Assembly: GCA_963674755.2 (NCBI GenBank)
Contig: CAXXVS010000002.1
Coordinates: forward strand, 2,464,001-2,528,000
Reading direction: 5' to 3'
DNA: 64,000 nucleotides
DNA from: Desulfobacterales bacterium
GTDB taxonomy: Bacteria > Desulfobacterota > Desulfobacteria > Desulfobacterales > UBA5852
Shown here in pieces: positions 28,311-38,247 of the stretch (its first letter is position 1; every line of letters begins with the position of its first letter). A program made the translations under genes and the position numbers. The notes under the pieces are model-generated. The model was not told where the DNA came from. It made no database searches and was given only the letters and a program-made list of their open reading frames with translations.

Positions 28311-28867
28311 GCGGGGCCGTAAAACGGCCAATCTCGGCGTTGTGCGACGTTCCTCGTCGCTACGGCGTACCTGATGTACGCCTCCCTCCTCCGAACTTGC
28401 ACGCCTTGACCTTGGCCGTTTTACGACCCCGCTCCCGGCGGGTTAGACTACCTCCCCATCAATGCTCGCAACTTCGGGATGGCTACAATCTCGGCGTTGG
28501 GCGGCGCCCCTCGTCGCTGCGGCGTACCTGATGTACGCCTCCCTCCTCCGAACTTGCACGCCTTGACCTTGGCCGTTTTACGACCCCGCTCCCGGCGGGT
28601 TAGACTACCTCCCCATCAATTCTCTCAACTTCGGGATGGCTACAATCTCGGCGTTGTGCGGCGCCCCTCGTCGCTGCGGCGTACCTGATGTACGCCTCCC
28701 TCCTCCGAACTTGCACGCCTTGACCTTGGCCGTTTTACGACCCCGCTCCCGGCGGGTTAGACTACCTCCCCATCAATTCTCTCAACTTCGGGATGGCTAT
28801 AATCTCGGCGTTGTGCGGCGGCTCCTCGTCGCTGCGGCGTACCTGGTGTACGCCTCTCTCCTCCGAA
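28309..28867. repeat. Tandem array of a 157-bp palindromic repeat (about 3.4 copies)
   Basis: AATCTCGGCGTTG recurs at 28330, 28487, 28644 and 28801; first unit is bounded by a 23-bp inverted repeat (28309-28331 / 28412-28434, 1 mismatch). Confidence 0.95.
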
Positions 28868-28918
28868 TTCGTTTTCTTCCCCGCGGAAGAAAACGAATTA
28901 CTATTTCAAATAGATATA

Positions 28919-30211
28919 TTATTTAACACCATTGACGGCCCTGTCCAATATGCGGTCATACACGGCCTGCACCTTTTGGTAGACCCCGTCCCAGGTGTAA
29001 GCTTCCAATTTGCTTTGCACGGGCGTGCGATCGATGTCGGGGCAGCGTGCGGCCGCCTCGATCTGGGTCTGCAGGGCATCTGCCAGGCGCTGTTCGAAGG
29101 GGGCCTCGTCTTCCGCCAGGGGCTGGTCGATGTTGACCAGCCGCGGCGTTTGAACCAGGGTGATGAAGTCGGCGGCCACATTCCCCAGGAGTTCCGCCAC
29201 CCCGGGCAGGCCGGTGGCCACGATGCGGCAGCCGCTGGCCAGGGCCTCCAGCACCACCAGGGGCAGTCCTTCGTAAAAGGACGGCAGTACGAAGATGTGA
29301 GCGGCTTTCATGATCCCGGCCAGGGCATTCTGGGATATGGCCCCGTGCACCCGGACGCGATCCCCCAATTGCCGGGCCAGCGCCAGGCAGCGGGTCTTCT
29401 CTTCGCCGCTGCCGCCCCCCACCAGGTGCAGCCGCCAGGCCGGAGCCGTGATGGCGGCCAGGGACCGCAGCAGCCAGGGGACACCCTTGGCATTGCTCAA
29501 TTTGCCGGCATAGACGATCTGCACCGGATCCGGCGGTGGTTTGGTTTCCGGAGCAAACAGGCAGTCATTGTAGCCGGCCCCCACTACGAAGACCTTCTCG
29601 GCGGCCAGCCCGTAGAGCGACACGATGTCCGCTTTCTGGGCCTCGCTCAGGGCCATGACCGCATCCAACCGCCGGCAGCCTTCAAGCACGCGCCGCCGGA
29701 GGTGGGAGCAATTCTGAAACTGCCGCAGGTCGGATCCATGGCAGGTGGTCACCAGGGGAATCCCCGGCGCCAGCCGCCGCGCCAGGGCGCTGACGATCCA
29801 CAAGTGATGGCTGTGAATGAGGTCGGGAGTAAAACGGGCCAGCATCTTGTGGAGGCGCGCGGCAAAGGCGGCCTCATATTCTTGAAGCTGATCCGGAGAG
29901 AGGTCGCCGAAGCGCGAACTGGGATAGGGCATGACATCGCTCATCCCGACGATGGGAAAGGCGACTTCCTGCCCACCGAAGCGCACGAAACTGCACCGGT
30001 CGTCTGCCAGACCGTCCAGGACCGCCGGCTGGTCGTGGGGAATGCCGGCCACCAGACAATTACGGTGGCCACGAGCGGCCGTTTCCCGCAGCATGGCCTG
30101 GATGTAGATGCCGCTGCCGGTGGAATCCGGACGCTGGCTGAGAACGTGCAGGAGATTGAGGGGGCGACCGCCGGCCTTGCCATGGGCCCCGGCGATCCCC
30201 CGGCTAGACAA
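28919..30211 (-). CDS. Glycosyltransferase family 4 protein (start uncertain)
   Basis: PDLIHSHHLW, TCHGSDL, YAGKL...KG, FVLPSFYEGLPLVVLEALASG. Confidence 0.88.
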   Translation of the reverse strand: MSSRGIAGAHGKAGGRPLNLLHVLSQRPDSTGSGIYIQAMLRETAARGHRNCLVAGIPHDQPAVLDGLADDRCSFVRFGGQEVAFPIVGMSDVMPYPSSRFGDLSPDQLQEYEAAFAARLHKMLARFTPDLIHSHHLWIVSALARRLAPGIPLVTTCHGSDLRQFQNCSHLRRRVLEGCRRLDAVMALSEAQKADIVSLYGLAAEKVFVVGAGYNDCLFAPETKPPPDPVQIVYAGKLSNAKGVPWLLRSLAAITAPAWRLHLVGGGSGEEKTRCLALARQLGDRVRVHGAISQNALAGIMKAAHIFVLPSFYEGLPLVVLEALASGCRIVATGLPGVAELLGNVAADFITLVQTPRLVNIDQPLAEDEAPFEQRLADALQTQIEAAARCPDIDRTPVQSKLEAYTWDGVYQKVQAVYDRILDRAVNGVK

Positions 30212-30678
30212 AGCGCCCCGCTCCGACCGGCCGCACGTTCACCAATAAAACGGCATCGCGCGCTGCGGCTTGGCGGTCGATGTCGCCACCGTATGGGGGG
30301 ATCGTCTTAAAGTGTCCGATGCCCAGTGACAGGGGGATCGTATTCGACCTGATGCCGATGACTTCCACGAACACACCTCCGCTCGGAAAAGGCTGGGGAT
30401 TCGATTTCACAACCCTGGAAACTAAACCATCAAAAGCACCACGGGGTCAAGCAACACCCGGCAGAAGCGGTTGCCTGAAGAATTGTATCCCTGCGCTGAT
30501 CCACCCGCTATAAAGCACACCCGGGGAGTCTCTGAAACAAGAAACAGGGGTGATGATAAAAAGGGTTGACGACGGCGCGACTTCCATGGAATCGTACTTT
30601 CACCACGCACGCAAGACATACCGACAGCTTCGATTTCACACGTCTAACAACCCATGCGTACCAGCAAAGGAGGTCTGA

Positions 30679-31134
30679 ATGCGATCCATGTTCAAAATCG
30701 TGGCGGGCGTTGCCCTGGTGGTAATGGTGGCCGGTGTGGCCGCAGCCCAGTTTGCCAACCCCGAAGAGGCCATTCAATACCGTAAATCGATCATGTCCCA
30801 GATTGCCAAACACTTTAAGCCCATGGCGGCGGTCATGCAGGGCAAGGCGGATTTTGACCGGCAGATCTTTGCCCAAGATGCGGAGGCCGTCAAGACGCTG
30901 GCCACGCAGCCCTGGAAGGCCATGCTCGAACCGGGTACGGACAAGGGCGACACCACCATGGATTCGGCCGTTTTTGAAAAGAAAGATGACTTTTTGAAAC
31001 TTTCAGCCGCCTTCCAAAATGATACGGCCATCCTGGCGGAAGCGGCCCAGGGCGCGGATCTGGACGGACTCAAGGCCCCTTTCAACGCGGTGGCCAAAGA
31101 CTGCAAGGCCTGCCACAAAGCCTTCCGCAAATAA
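30679..31134 (+). CDS. Cytochrome c' (class II cytochrome c)
   Basis: Signal peptide; EEAIQYRKSIM; C-terminal CKACH haem motif; RBS AGGAGG. Confidence 0.9.
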   Translation: MRSMFKIVAGVALVVMVAGVAAAQFANPEEAIQYRKSIMSQIAKHFKPMAAVMQGKADFDRQIFAQDAEAVKTLATQPWKAMLEPGTDKGDTTMDSAVFEKKDDFLKLSAAFQNDTAILAEAAQGADLDGLKAPFNAVAKDCKACHKAFRK

Positions 31135-31227
31135 CCGCTCCCCACGATCATCCCAACAAGGGCGCTGCCGCAAGACAGGGGGGCGCCCTTGGCGGATCCC
31201 ACACCCCGCAAAAGCCGAACGTCGGCT

Positions 31228-31929
31228 TCAATAGATGATCCCATAGACCCCTGCCGCCAGGATGGCCGCCAGGACAAGCGCCTTGACCGGATGGCCCTCG
31301 GCCTGGCGGACCGTTTCGTGCCAGTATTTGCGCCCCGTCATCATGGGAGCGACGAGGTTTTCGCGCTTCACCCCCCAATAGAAAACGATCGCGGCGAGAT
31401 GCAGCACGATCAAGGCCAACAGGATGTCCTGATTGATGCGGTGAACACGGGTCAGCCAATCACTGGTCGCCTTGCTGACCAGATGAAACAGGGGGCCTTC
31501 GGTGAAGATGTCGTCGTTCGCGAAAAGACCGGTTCCCGCCTGGATAGTCAGTACCGTCAGCATGGCTATGATCGACCAGGCCCCCATGGGATTATGGCCG
31601 AGATAGGCGTCGTGCCCCTTGCCCCACAAGGTACGCGCGTAGGCCCAAACCGTGCGTGGCCCGCGCAGGAAGGAAACAAACCGTGACGGCGTGCTACCCC
31701 AAAACCCCCACAGCACGCGGAACAGAATCAGCCATAGAATCACCACGCCGCTCCACTCGTGGTAGCGCATGGCCGTGCCCCCCGCCTTGCCCGTCACAAA
31801 CGATACCGTCACCAGCAAAACAAGCAGCCAGTGGAAGACGCGGGTGGGTAGGTCCCAGACCAGTATAGGCATCAGGCGCTTCTCGGAAACGGCGTTTTTC
31901 GAATTGGATTTGGACCTGTCATCAGTCAC
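31228..31929 (-). CDS. Di-haem cytochrome b (Ni-hydrogenase cytochrome b-like family)
   Basis: VWDLPTRVFHW, HEWSG, RVLWGFWGS, GHNPMGA, LHLAAI, ENLV.PM.TG. Confidence 0.9.
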   Translation of the reverse strand: MTDDRSKSNSKNAVSEKRLMPILVWDLPTRVFHWLLVLLVTVSFVTGKAGGTAMRYHEWSGVVILWLILFRVLWGFWGSTPSRFVSFLRGPRTVWAYARTLWGKGHDAYLGHNPMGAWSIIAMLTVLTIQAGTGLFANDDIFTEGPLFHLVSKATSDWLTRVHRINQDILLALIVLHLAAIVFYWGVKRENLVAPMMTGRKYWHETVRQAEGHPVKALVLAAILAAGVYGIIY

Positions 31930-32174
31930 GGTTCGCCCTCCTTGGAATGGCAGCATGGCGTTTCCAGCCGGACCGGCAGGGGATGCGTCTGTCAGAAAGC
32001 ACCACCAAACCGGCCTCCCCCAATGGCTGCCGGAATAGCCGGGAATGCCTGGACAATTGTCGAAAACCATCTATTTTAATCTATCGATACCATTCAGAGG
32101 GATAAAATCAGAACTCGCCGGCGTTATCAAGTTAGGAAACCCCAAACCGAAAACTATTTAAACGGGAGGTTGAA

Positions 32175-33280
32175 ATGCCGGATACATCCAATAAACCCCA
32201 CAGCGACGCGCCCTGCACGCGGCGTATTTTCTTTCATGTTCTGTTAACGTCCTTTTATGCCCTGGTCCTGGTTGCCCTGCCCTTTGGCTTCCACCACGAC
32301 ACAGGCCAATTGCCCGCAACCTGACCGGCGACGCCGACAGCGCGGACGACCTGGTTCAAATGGCCTGCGAGCGTGCCCTCCAGCGCCTGCACCAGTACCG
32401 CGACAGTACGCGTCTGGACAGCTGGCTCTACCGGATTGTCTACACCCAGTGGATCGACCGGACCCGCCGAAGGCAACGACGCGCATCCCACCAGGAAGCG
32501 CTCCGGGAGGTCCAAGATAGCCGCGGGGAAGGTCCCCCCTCACCGGGGCGGCTGATTTCCTTCATGGATGTCAAGAAGGCCCTGGGGCAATTGGCCCAGG
32601 AGCATCGGGCGGCAATCCTCCTCGTGGCCGTCGAGGGACATACCTATTCCGAAGCAGCCCGCGTCCTGGGAGTTCCGGTGGCCACCCTTTGGCCGCTGGC
32701 CCCGGGCAAAACAGCGCACTACGTCGAGTCGGGAAAATGGCGGGACGAAAACAACCGGGAGCACACCTACGAAGCCCACTGGCAACTGGAAGTGATCGGC
32801 CAGGAACGCATCCGCGTCAAGGCGGGTGACTTCGACACATGGAAGATCGTCGGCCGCCGGTTTTCTGCCGGAGACGCCTTTAAGCCTTCCCGCCTGCGCG
32901 AAAAACGCATCTTGTACTATGCCCCGGTCGTGGGCTATTACGTGAAGCTGGAAGGCCGTTACCTGGGGCGCCGCCCGGACCGCAGCATCGAATTGCTGGC
33001 CGTCCTGCCACCGGTCGCGGATATGCATCGCGCGGCGCAGGCCGCTTTCCAAACCAGCTTCCAGCAGGCCCTGGAAGAGAAACCCAGCGGGGCCGCCTTG
33101 CAGTGGAACCGCGCGGAACTTGGCCTTTCCGGCACGACAACCCCGACGGCCACCTTCAAACTTGCTTCCGGCGACTACTGCCGCCAGTATGTGCAGCACC
33201 TGAACCGGTCAGGCGAGGAGCAAGTTTTCTTTGGTCTGGCCTGCCGGACGGACGCCGGACAATGGCAAATACCGCGCTGA
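32175..33280 (+). pseudogene. Chimeric remnant: membrane-protein N-terminus, ECF sigma factor core and C-terminus of a surface-antigen-like protein
   Basis: ARNLTGDADSADDLVQMACERAL...LDSWLYRI...LLVAVEGHTYSEAARVLGVPV (sigma regions 2 and 4) switches to ATLWPLAPGK...YCRQY...ACRTDAGQW; no in-frame start for the sigma part. Confidence 0.6.
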
Positions 33281-33804
33281 TGAAACGCTTCCCCCTGATG
33301 ATCACGCCGGCGCAATGACGGCGTGGCGTTCCGCTCCGATGGCCGCGACGATTAGTTTCGGCACAGGATTGTCCGCGGCCGCCATCGACGCGGCCGGATC
33401 GATGGCAGCGATCACCATTTCATTCGGAAGTGTGAGACTGCGAGATTAGCGCTTCCTACCTGCAATTAATCCGGATTCTGGACAGTGGCACGCAATCTGG
33501 AATATCGGGAAGCGCTCAGAGCTTGTGATTTTCTTATCAATATTAACTAATCGCAACTTAGGTTTTTTATAACCACCCAATTTAAATCCAAGAAAATCTT
33601 GACAAATTCGAATATCATTTAGTACCCATAGCTTGGGTTTATACTCCTCTAATAGCTTTCAGTTCTCACCCCCTCCTCTCTATCCGTGACCGAAGTTTTC
33701 TTTCAATTGATCTCATTCCGCAAAAACCTACTCATCTAGTTTCCATTTCCTCTGCTTCCATTCAAAATAACAATTACATCCACTAACAGAATCTCTGAAG
33801 GAAT

Positions 33805-35325
33805 ATGGAGGTCAGTATGGGAGACTTTGCAGAATACGAACAATATGACGGTGTGGGTTTGGCCACTTTGATTCGGAACGATGAAATTAAGGCTGTTGAC
33901 GTATGTGAAGAAGCAATTCGCCGAGCAGAAGCGCTAAACCCCAAGATCAACGCTATTATTACGCCCTTGTATGATTATGCCAGAAAGGCATTAGGGGTGC
34001 TGCCGGTAGATGGTTCGTTCTCTGGTGTTCCATTTTTGCTGAAAGACGCCCACCACGCATTGAAAGGGGAAACTTTAAGTTATGGAAGCGCCTTATTGAA
34101 ACAGAATGTCGCCGATATCGATGCGGAAATCGTACGCCGCTTCAAGCAATGTGGTTTAGTGATTTTAGGGAAAACCAATACACCGGAATTTAAAATTGGC
34201 TATGTCACTGAACCTAAAGCATTTGGAATAACAAGGAACCCATGGAATCCGGAATTTACGCCTGGCGGTTCCAGCGGGGGATCGGCTGCAGCCGTAGCTG
34301 CTCGCATAGTTCCCCTATCATCAGGTACAGATGAAGGTGGTTCGATTCGTGTGCCCGCATCCTGTTGCGGTCTATTTGGTCTCAAACCAAGCAGAGGCCG
34401 TAATCCTGTTGGCCCGGATTTCGACTTGGAATGGGATGGCGTATCAACCAGCCACGTGATCACGCGATCGGTTCGTGATTCTGCCGCAATACTGGACGCA
34501 GTTTCTGGATATGAATTTGGCGCTCCCTTTTGGTCTCCACCCCACCATCGACCATTCATCGATGAGGTAAGCACAGAGCCGGAGCCCCTCACCATTGGGT
34601 TTCACACACGTTCTGCCTTCGGTAGAGAGGTCCACGCGGAATGCAAGGAGGCCGTTAGACAGACGTGTAGGTTATTAAATGAACTTGGGCATCAGGTCGA
34701 AGAAATCGAACTCGCTTACAAAGAAGAGGAAATGGCTTTGGATTGGTTCATCGTCATGCTTGGAAATTTTGCGGCCCATGTCGAAAAATTGATTTCGGTC
34801 TATGGTAGGAATGCTGTCAAACACAATTTGGAAGAAAGAAGTTATGCATCTTACCGAATAGGATCGAACTTGAAGGCGGTGGACGTTATCAATGCCAAGC
34901 GTAAATGGCGAACTTACGGGTACATTATGGGGCAAACCTTGCAGAAATATGACCTTATACTCACACCGACGATTGGAGAACCGCCGATTCCTGTAGGTTC
35001 TGTAGGTCCGAGCAAATCAGATCAACGGGCCATGAAACTTCTCAGTTCGATGGTTGGTAAAATCATGACGGCCAATAGAAAGGTGATTTTTTCAATTATA
35101 GAAGATATTATTCAAAAACTTATGGTAACTCAGCTACCCTTTACTTTAATTGCCAATATTACGGGACAGCCAGCAATGTCCGTCCCCTTGTATTGGACGG
35201 AAAATGGGCTTCCTTGCGGTGTTCAGTTTCTTGCCCGGATTGGTGACGAAGCGGCCCTGCTGAGGATGGCTGGCCAATTGGAAAAGGCGAAGCCCTGGGC
35301 AGATAAAAAACCTCGGAATCTATGA
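33805..35325 (+). CDS. Amidase signature family protein
   Basis: [55 protein letters not shown]. Confidence 0.93.
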   Translation: MEVSMGDFAEYEQYDGVGLATLIRNDEIKAVDVCEEAIRRAEALNPKINAIITPLYDYARKALGVLPVDGSFSGVPFLLKDAHHALKGETLSYGSALLKQNVADIDAEIVRRFKQCGLVILGKTNTPEFKIGYVTEPKAFGITRNPWNPEFTPGGSSGGSAAAVAARIVPLSSGTDEGGSIRVPASCCGLFGLKPSRGRNPVGPDFDLEWDGVSTSHVITRSVRDSAAILDAVSGYEFGAPFWSPPHHRPFIDEVSTEPEPLTIGFHTRSAFGREVHAECKEAVRQTCRLLNELGHQVEEIELAYKEEEMALDWFIVMLGNFAAHVEKLISVYGRNAVKHNLEERSYASYRIGSNLKAVDVINAKRKWRTYGYIMGQTLQKYDLILTPTIGEPPIPVGSVGPSKSDQRAMKLLSSMVGKIMTANRKVIFSIIEDIIQKLMVTQLPFTLIANITGQPAMSVPLYWTENGLPCGVQFLARIGDEAALLRMAGQLEKAKPWADKKPRNL

Positions 35326-35910
35326 AAATCAAGTCGCTGAATGTTTGAAAGAGACTATCCAAATAAAAGCCTGATCATAGGATAGCCCTGCCTTGATCTC
35401 AATCCTCCGTACTATCAGTTTGGTATCAAATGCCTATCTGGATGTAGGACTCAGCCCAAGCCGGTTGGACAGTGGCACGTAATCTGGATTTTTGGCTGGT
35501 TCAATTTCGGTGGGTTTATCTCAATATATCGGTAGTTGGTTGATCTTTGGTTTAATGGCCAGGTATGACTACCCGCTACTGCTCCCCAATCCCGCTGCTG
35601 CTCCCCAATAATGATTGACTAAATATCACCGATTTGATTACAAGCTTTATTGGATAGATTCTGAACCATCACTCCATCTGACTTGGAGCGGCTCTCTATC
35701 GCTGAATCGAGTCCTTCTTCCGTCCTCTCCTTCCATTCTCTGGTTGATCCGCTTGCTGAGTACTAAGGGTAAAACTTCAACCATGTGGGTATACCTATGG
35801 CTGATGAAGGCGCTTAGCGTCAGTGTTGGGCGGCGGTTCCAAATAACTACTAGTAGACGACAGCAAGTGAAAACAAATTACCAAAAATATATGTTTTAAG
35901 AGAGTGTAAA

Positions 35911-37284
35911 ATGCATATTTATAACAATTTTGTTAGCCGTATACATAGACCGCCCAATAATTTGAAAGACAGGTATTATAAATCGTGGGTTTTAGGAAAT
36001 TATGCTACAATAATGGGTGGATTATTTCACTTGATGTTTATTTTTATTTTTACAATTTTTGATGTTTTGCCACTGGCATTACTGAATATATTAAGTTCTA
36101 TAATTTGAGCATTTGCGGTTTATTTTAACCTCAAAGGTTTCATGAAAACAAGCTTTGTATTCGCCAACTTCGAAATTGTTATGCATGCGTATATTTGTAC
36201 CATTTTCATTGGTTGGAATACTGGCTTTCATTACCATATATTGGTGATGACTTCCTTTATCTTTCTAACGCCCTGGACAATTGGGCCCAGAATAGTAGCA
36301 TTTTCAATAAACATAATATTATACAGCCTCCTCAATTATTTCTTCCGAAACTTTTCTCCTATATTTGTTATAAATCCGACACTCTCGTATGTTTTCAATT
36401 ATTCTAATATTGTTTTTTTTGGTTTTATTCTTTCGTATTTTTCATACCATTACCAAACTATTGTGGATGAAACAGAGTTTAAATTAGAATTGGAGCACCA
36501 AAAAACAAATGAGGCTTTAGCGGAGCGAAATGGGATATTATCACTATTAAATGAAGAGCTTACAGAAGCTGAAGATTACGTTAGAAGTCTTCTGCCAAAT
36601 CCAATTGCTGAAGGTTCGGTTAAAACAGAGTGGCGATTTATACCTTCTGCGTCTTTAGGTGGTGATGCTTTCGGTTATCATTGGATCGATTCAGATAATT
36701 TTGCATTATACCTGATAGATGTTTCAGGACACGGTGTCGGAGCTGTATTGCTTTCTGTATCCGTTATGAATGCTATCCGTTCGCAGTCATTGCCTGAAAT
36801 CGATTTTAGGGATTGCAAACAGGTATTGGAATCATTAAACGAAAAGTACCCAAGTGAAGATAATAATGATATGTTTTTTACCATATGGTACGGCGTTTAC
36901 AAAAAAAGTACCGGATATTTGACCTATGCAAGTGGAGGCCATCCGCCAGCTATCTTACTAAGATACAACACTAGAAATGATTCCGAAGCAAAATTGCTGA
37001 AAACGCCAAATTATGTAATTGGAGGCATAAAAGATGCCACGTACGAAAAAAGAAAATTATCTGTTGGCAAGCATGCAAAATTGTATGTTTTCTCCGATGG
37101 GGTTTATGAAGTTAAAAAACAAGATGGTTCTATGTGGCGTTTTAAGGAATTTACAGACTTTATGATTAAGATCCAGACTGACGGTCAATCAATACTCGAT
37201 CGATTACACCGATATGCTATAGATCTAAAACACTCAGAAAGTTTTGAAGATGATTTCACAATCCTTGAGGTTACATTCACTTAA
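35911..37284 (+). pseudogene. Membrane-anchored SpoIIE/PP2C-family phosphatase split by an in-frame TGA at 36106-36108
   Basis: ORFs 35911-36108 and 36142-37284 share a frame; LGGD, DVSGHGV, FFTIWYG, SGGHPP, FSDGVYE, EDDFT. Confidence 0.8.
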
Positions 37285-37684
37285 AAGAATGCTAACAATA
37301 TTTTGTCTAATTGTGATGTCAAAATTTGACTGTTGTATACCGGTATTAAGCTATTTAATCAAAAAGTTTTGGGTCCTCCAACTTGTTTGTAAAATTACCA
37401 GAGTGCAGTTATCTGCTATGGCTTCGCACTAGTCAGAGCTCTGAATCCTTGAGAGAGACGATACAAATCCATACCTCGCTGGGCAAGCCCCGAGGCTTGC
37501 CCAGCAGAGACACAGTTCATCAGAGGTGACAACTACCCTGACACAGGGGGCCTTTTCAATATTCCGCGCCACTTTATTAAGGATTGCTCATTGAGGTATT
37601 ACAAATGGACTAAATTTTGAGGCAAAACGAAGGGGTGGATTATGAATGTACTCTTTACATCACAGATGGTCGGCAATGTAGAAA

Positions 37685-38247
37685 GTGAAGGCTCCGACCG
37701 CCTAAAGGCGGTGGCTTCAAACGTGGTCGACTGAAGTCGACTCACGAGTCCACGGTGAAGTCGTCATCGCGGGCTCGCTCAGTGTGGGTTTGCTTTTCGA
37801 TATAGTCAGCTATGACCTCATCGGTGACATTACCCGATGATGCTGCAAAATAGCCGCGAGCCCACAGATGACGACCCCAACATTGTCTGGCTAAAATACG
37901 GCTTTCGCTTAACAACCGCCTTGACGTTTTTCCTTTGATGCGTTTCATCACCTGGCTTACCGAATGATACGGCGGTACGGAAACAAACAGATGGACGTGG
38001 TCCTTGGAAACATGCCCCTTGATGATCTCTATATCCATCGCCTTGCAGATCTCACGGATCAGCTCCCGCAACCGCGTCCCCACTCCTTCACTGAGCATCG
38101 GCTTGCGATATTTCGTGATCCATACCAAATGATACTTGATGTCATAAACCGAATGCGAGGTCTTGCGGTAATTCTTCATAATATCGCAAGCCTACTAAAG
38201 TCTTCGCCTAAAGGCGAGGGATTTTCTCCCATTCCCCGAGGGGGACA
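37685..38247 (-). mobile_element. IS200/IS605-family insertion sequence (tnpA only)
   Basis: Subterminal hairpins sharing CGCCTAAAGGCG near 37697-37712 and 38201-38221; no target duplication; removal restores the host reading frame. Confidence 0.88.
37742..38179 (-). CDS. tnpA: IS200/IS605 Y1 (HUH) transposase
   Basis: YHLVWITKYRK, DHVHL (HUH), KGKTSR, LWARGYF, YIEKQ catalytic Tyr. Confidence 0.96.
   Translation of the reverse strand: MKNYRKTSHSVYDIKYHLVWITKYRKPMLSEGVGTRLRELIREICKAMDIEIIKGHVSKDHVHLFVSVPPYHSVSQVMKRIKGKTSRRLLSESRILARQCWGRHLWARGYFAASSGNVTDEVIADYIEKQTHTERARDDDFTVDS

Noticed and set aside
28309..28867. CRISPR array
   Set aside because: Whole 157-bp units are near-identical with no unique spacers, and there are no cas genes in the window
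33486..33501. Sigma54 promoters within the 23-bp direct repeats
   Set aside because: TGGCACG is present but the -12 element reads CTGG rather than TTGC in both copies
36106..36108. Selenocysteine recoding of the in-frame TGA
   Set aside because: It lies in a TM segment where Trp is more plausible, and no evident SECIS hairpin follows
37478..37505. Perfect 12-bp hairpin GCTGGGCAAGCC/GGCTTGCCCAGC as a REP element or IS end
   Set aside because: Single copy outside the IS boundaries; cannot be distinguished from a simple terminator-like stem
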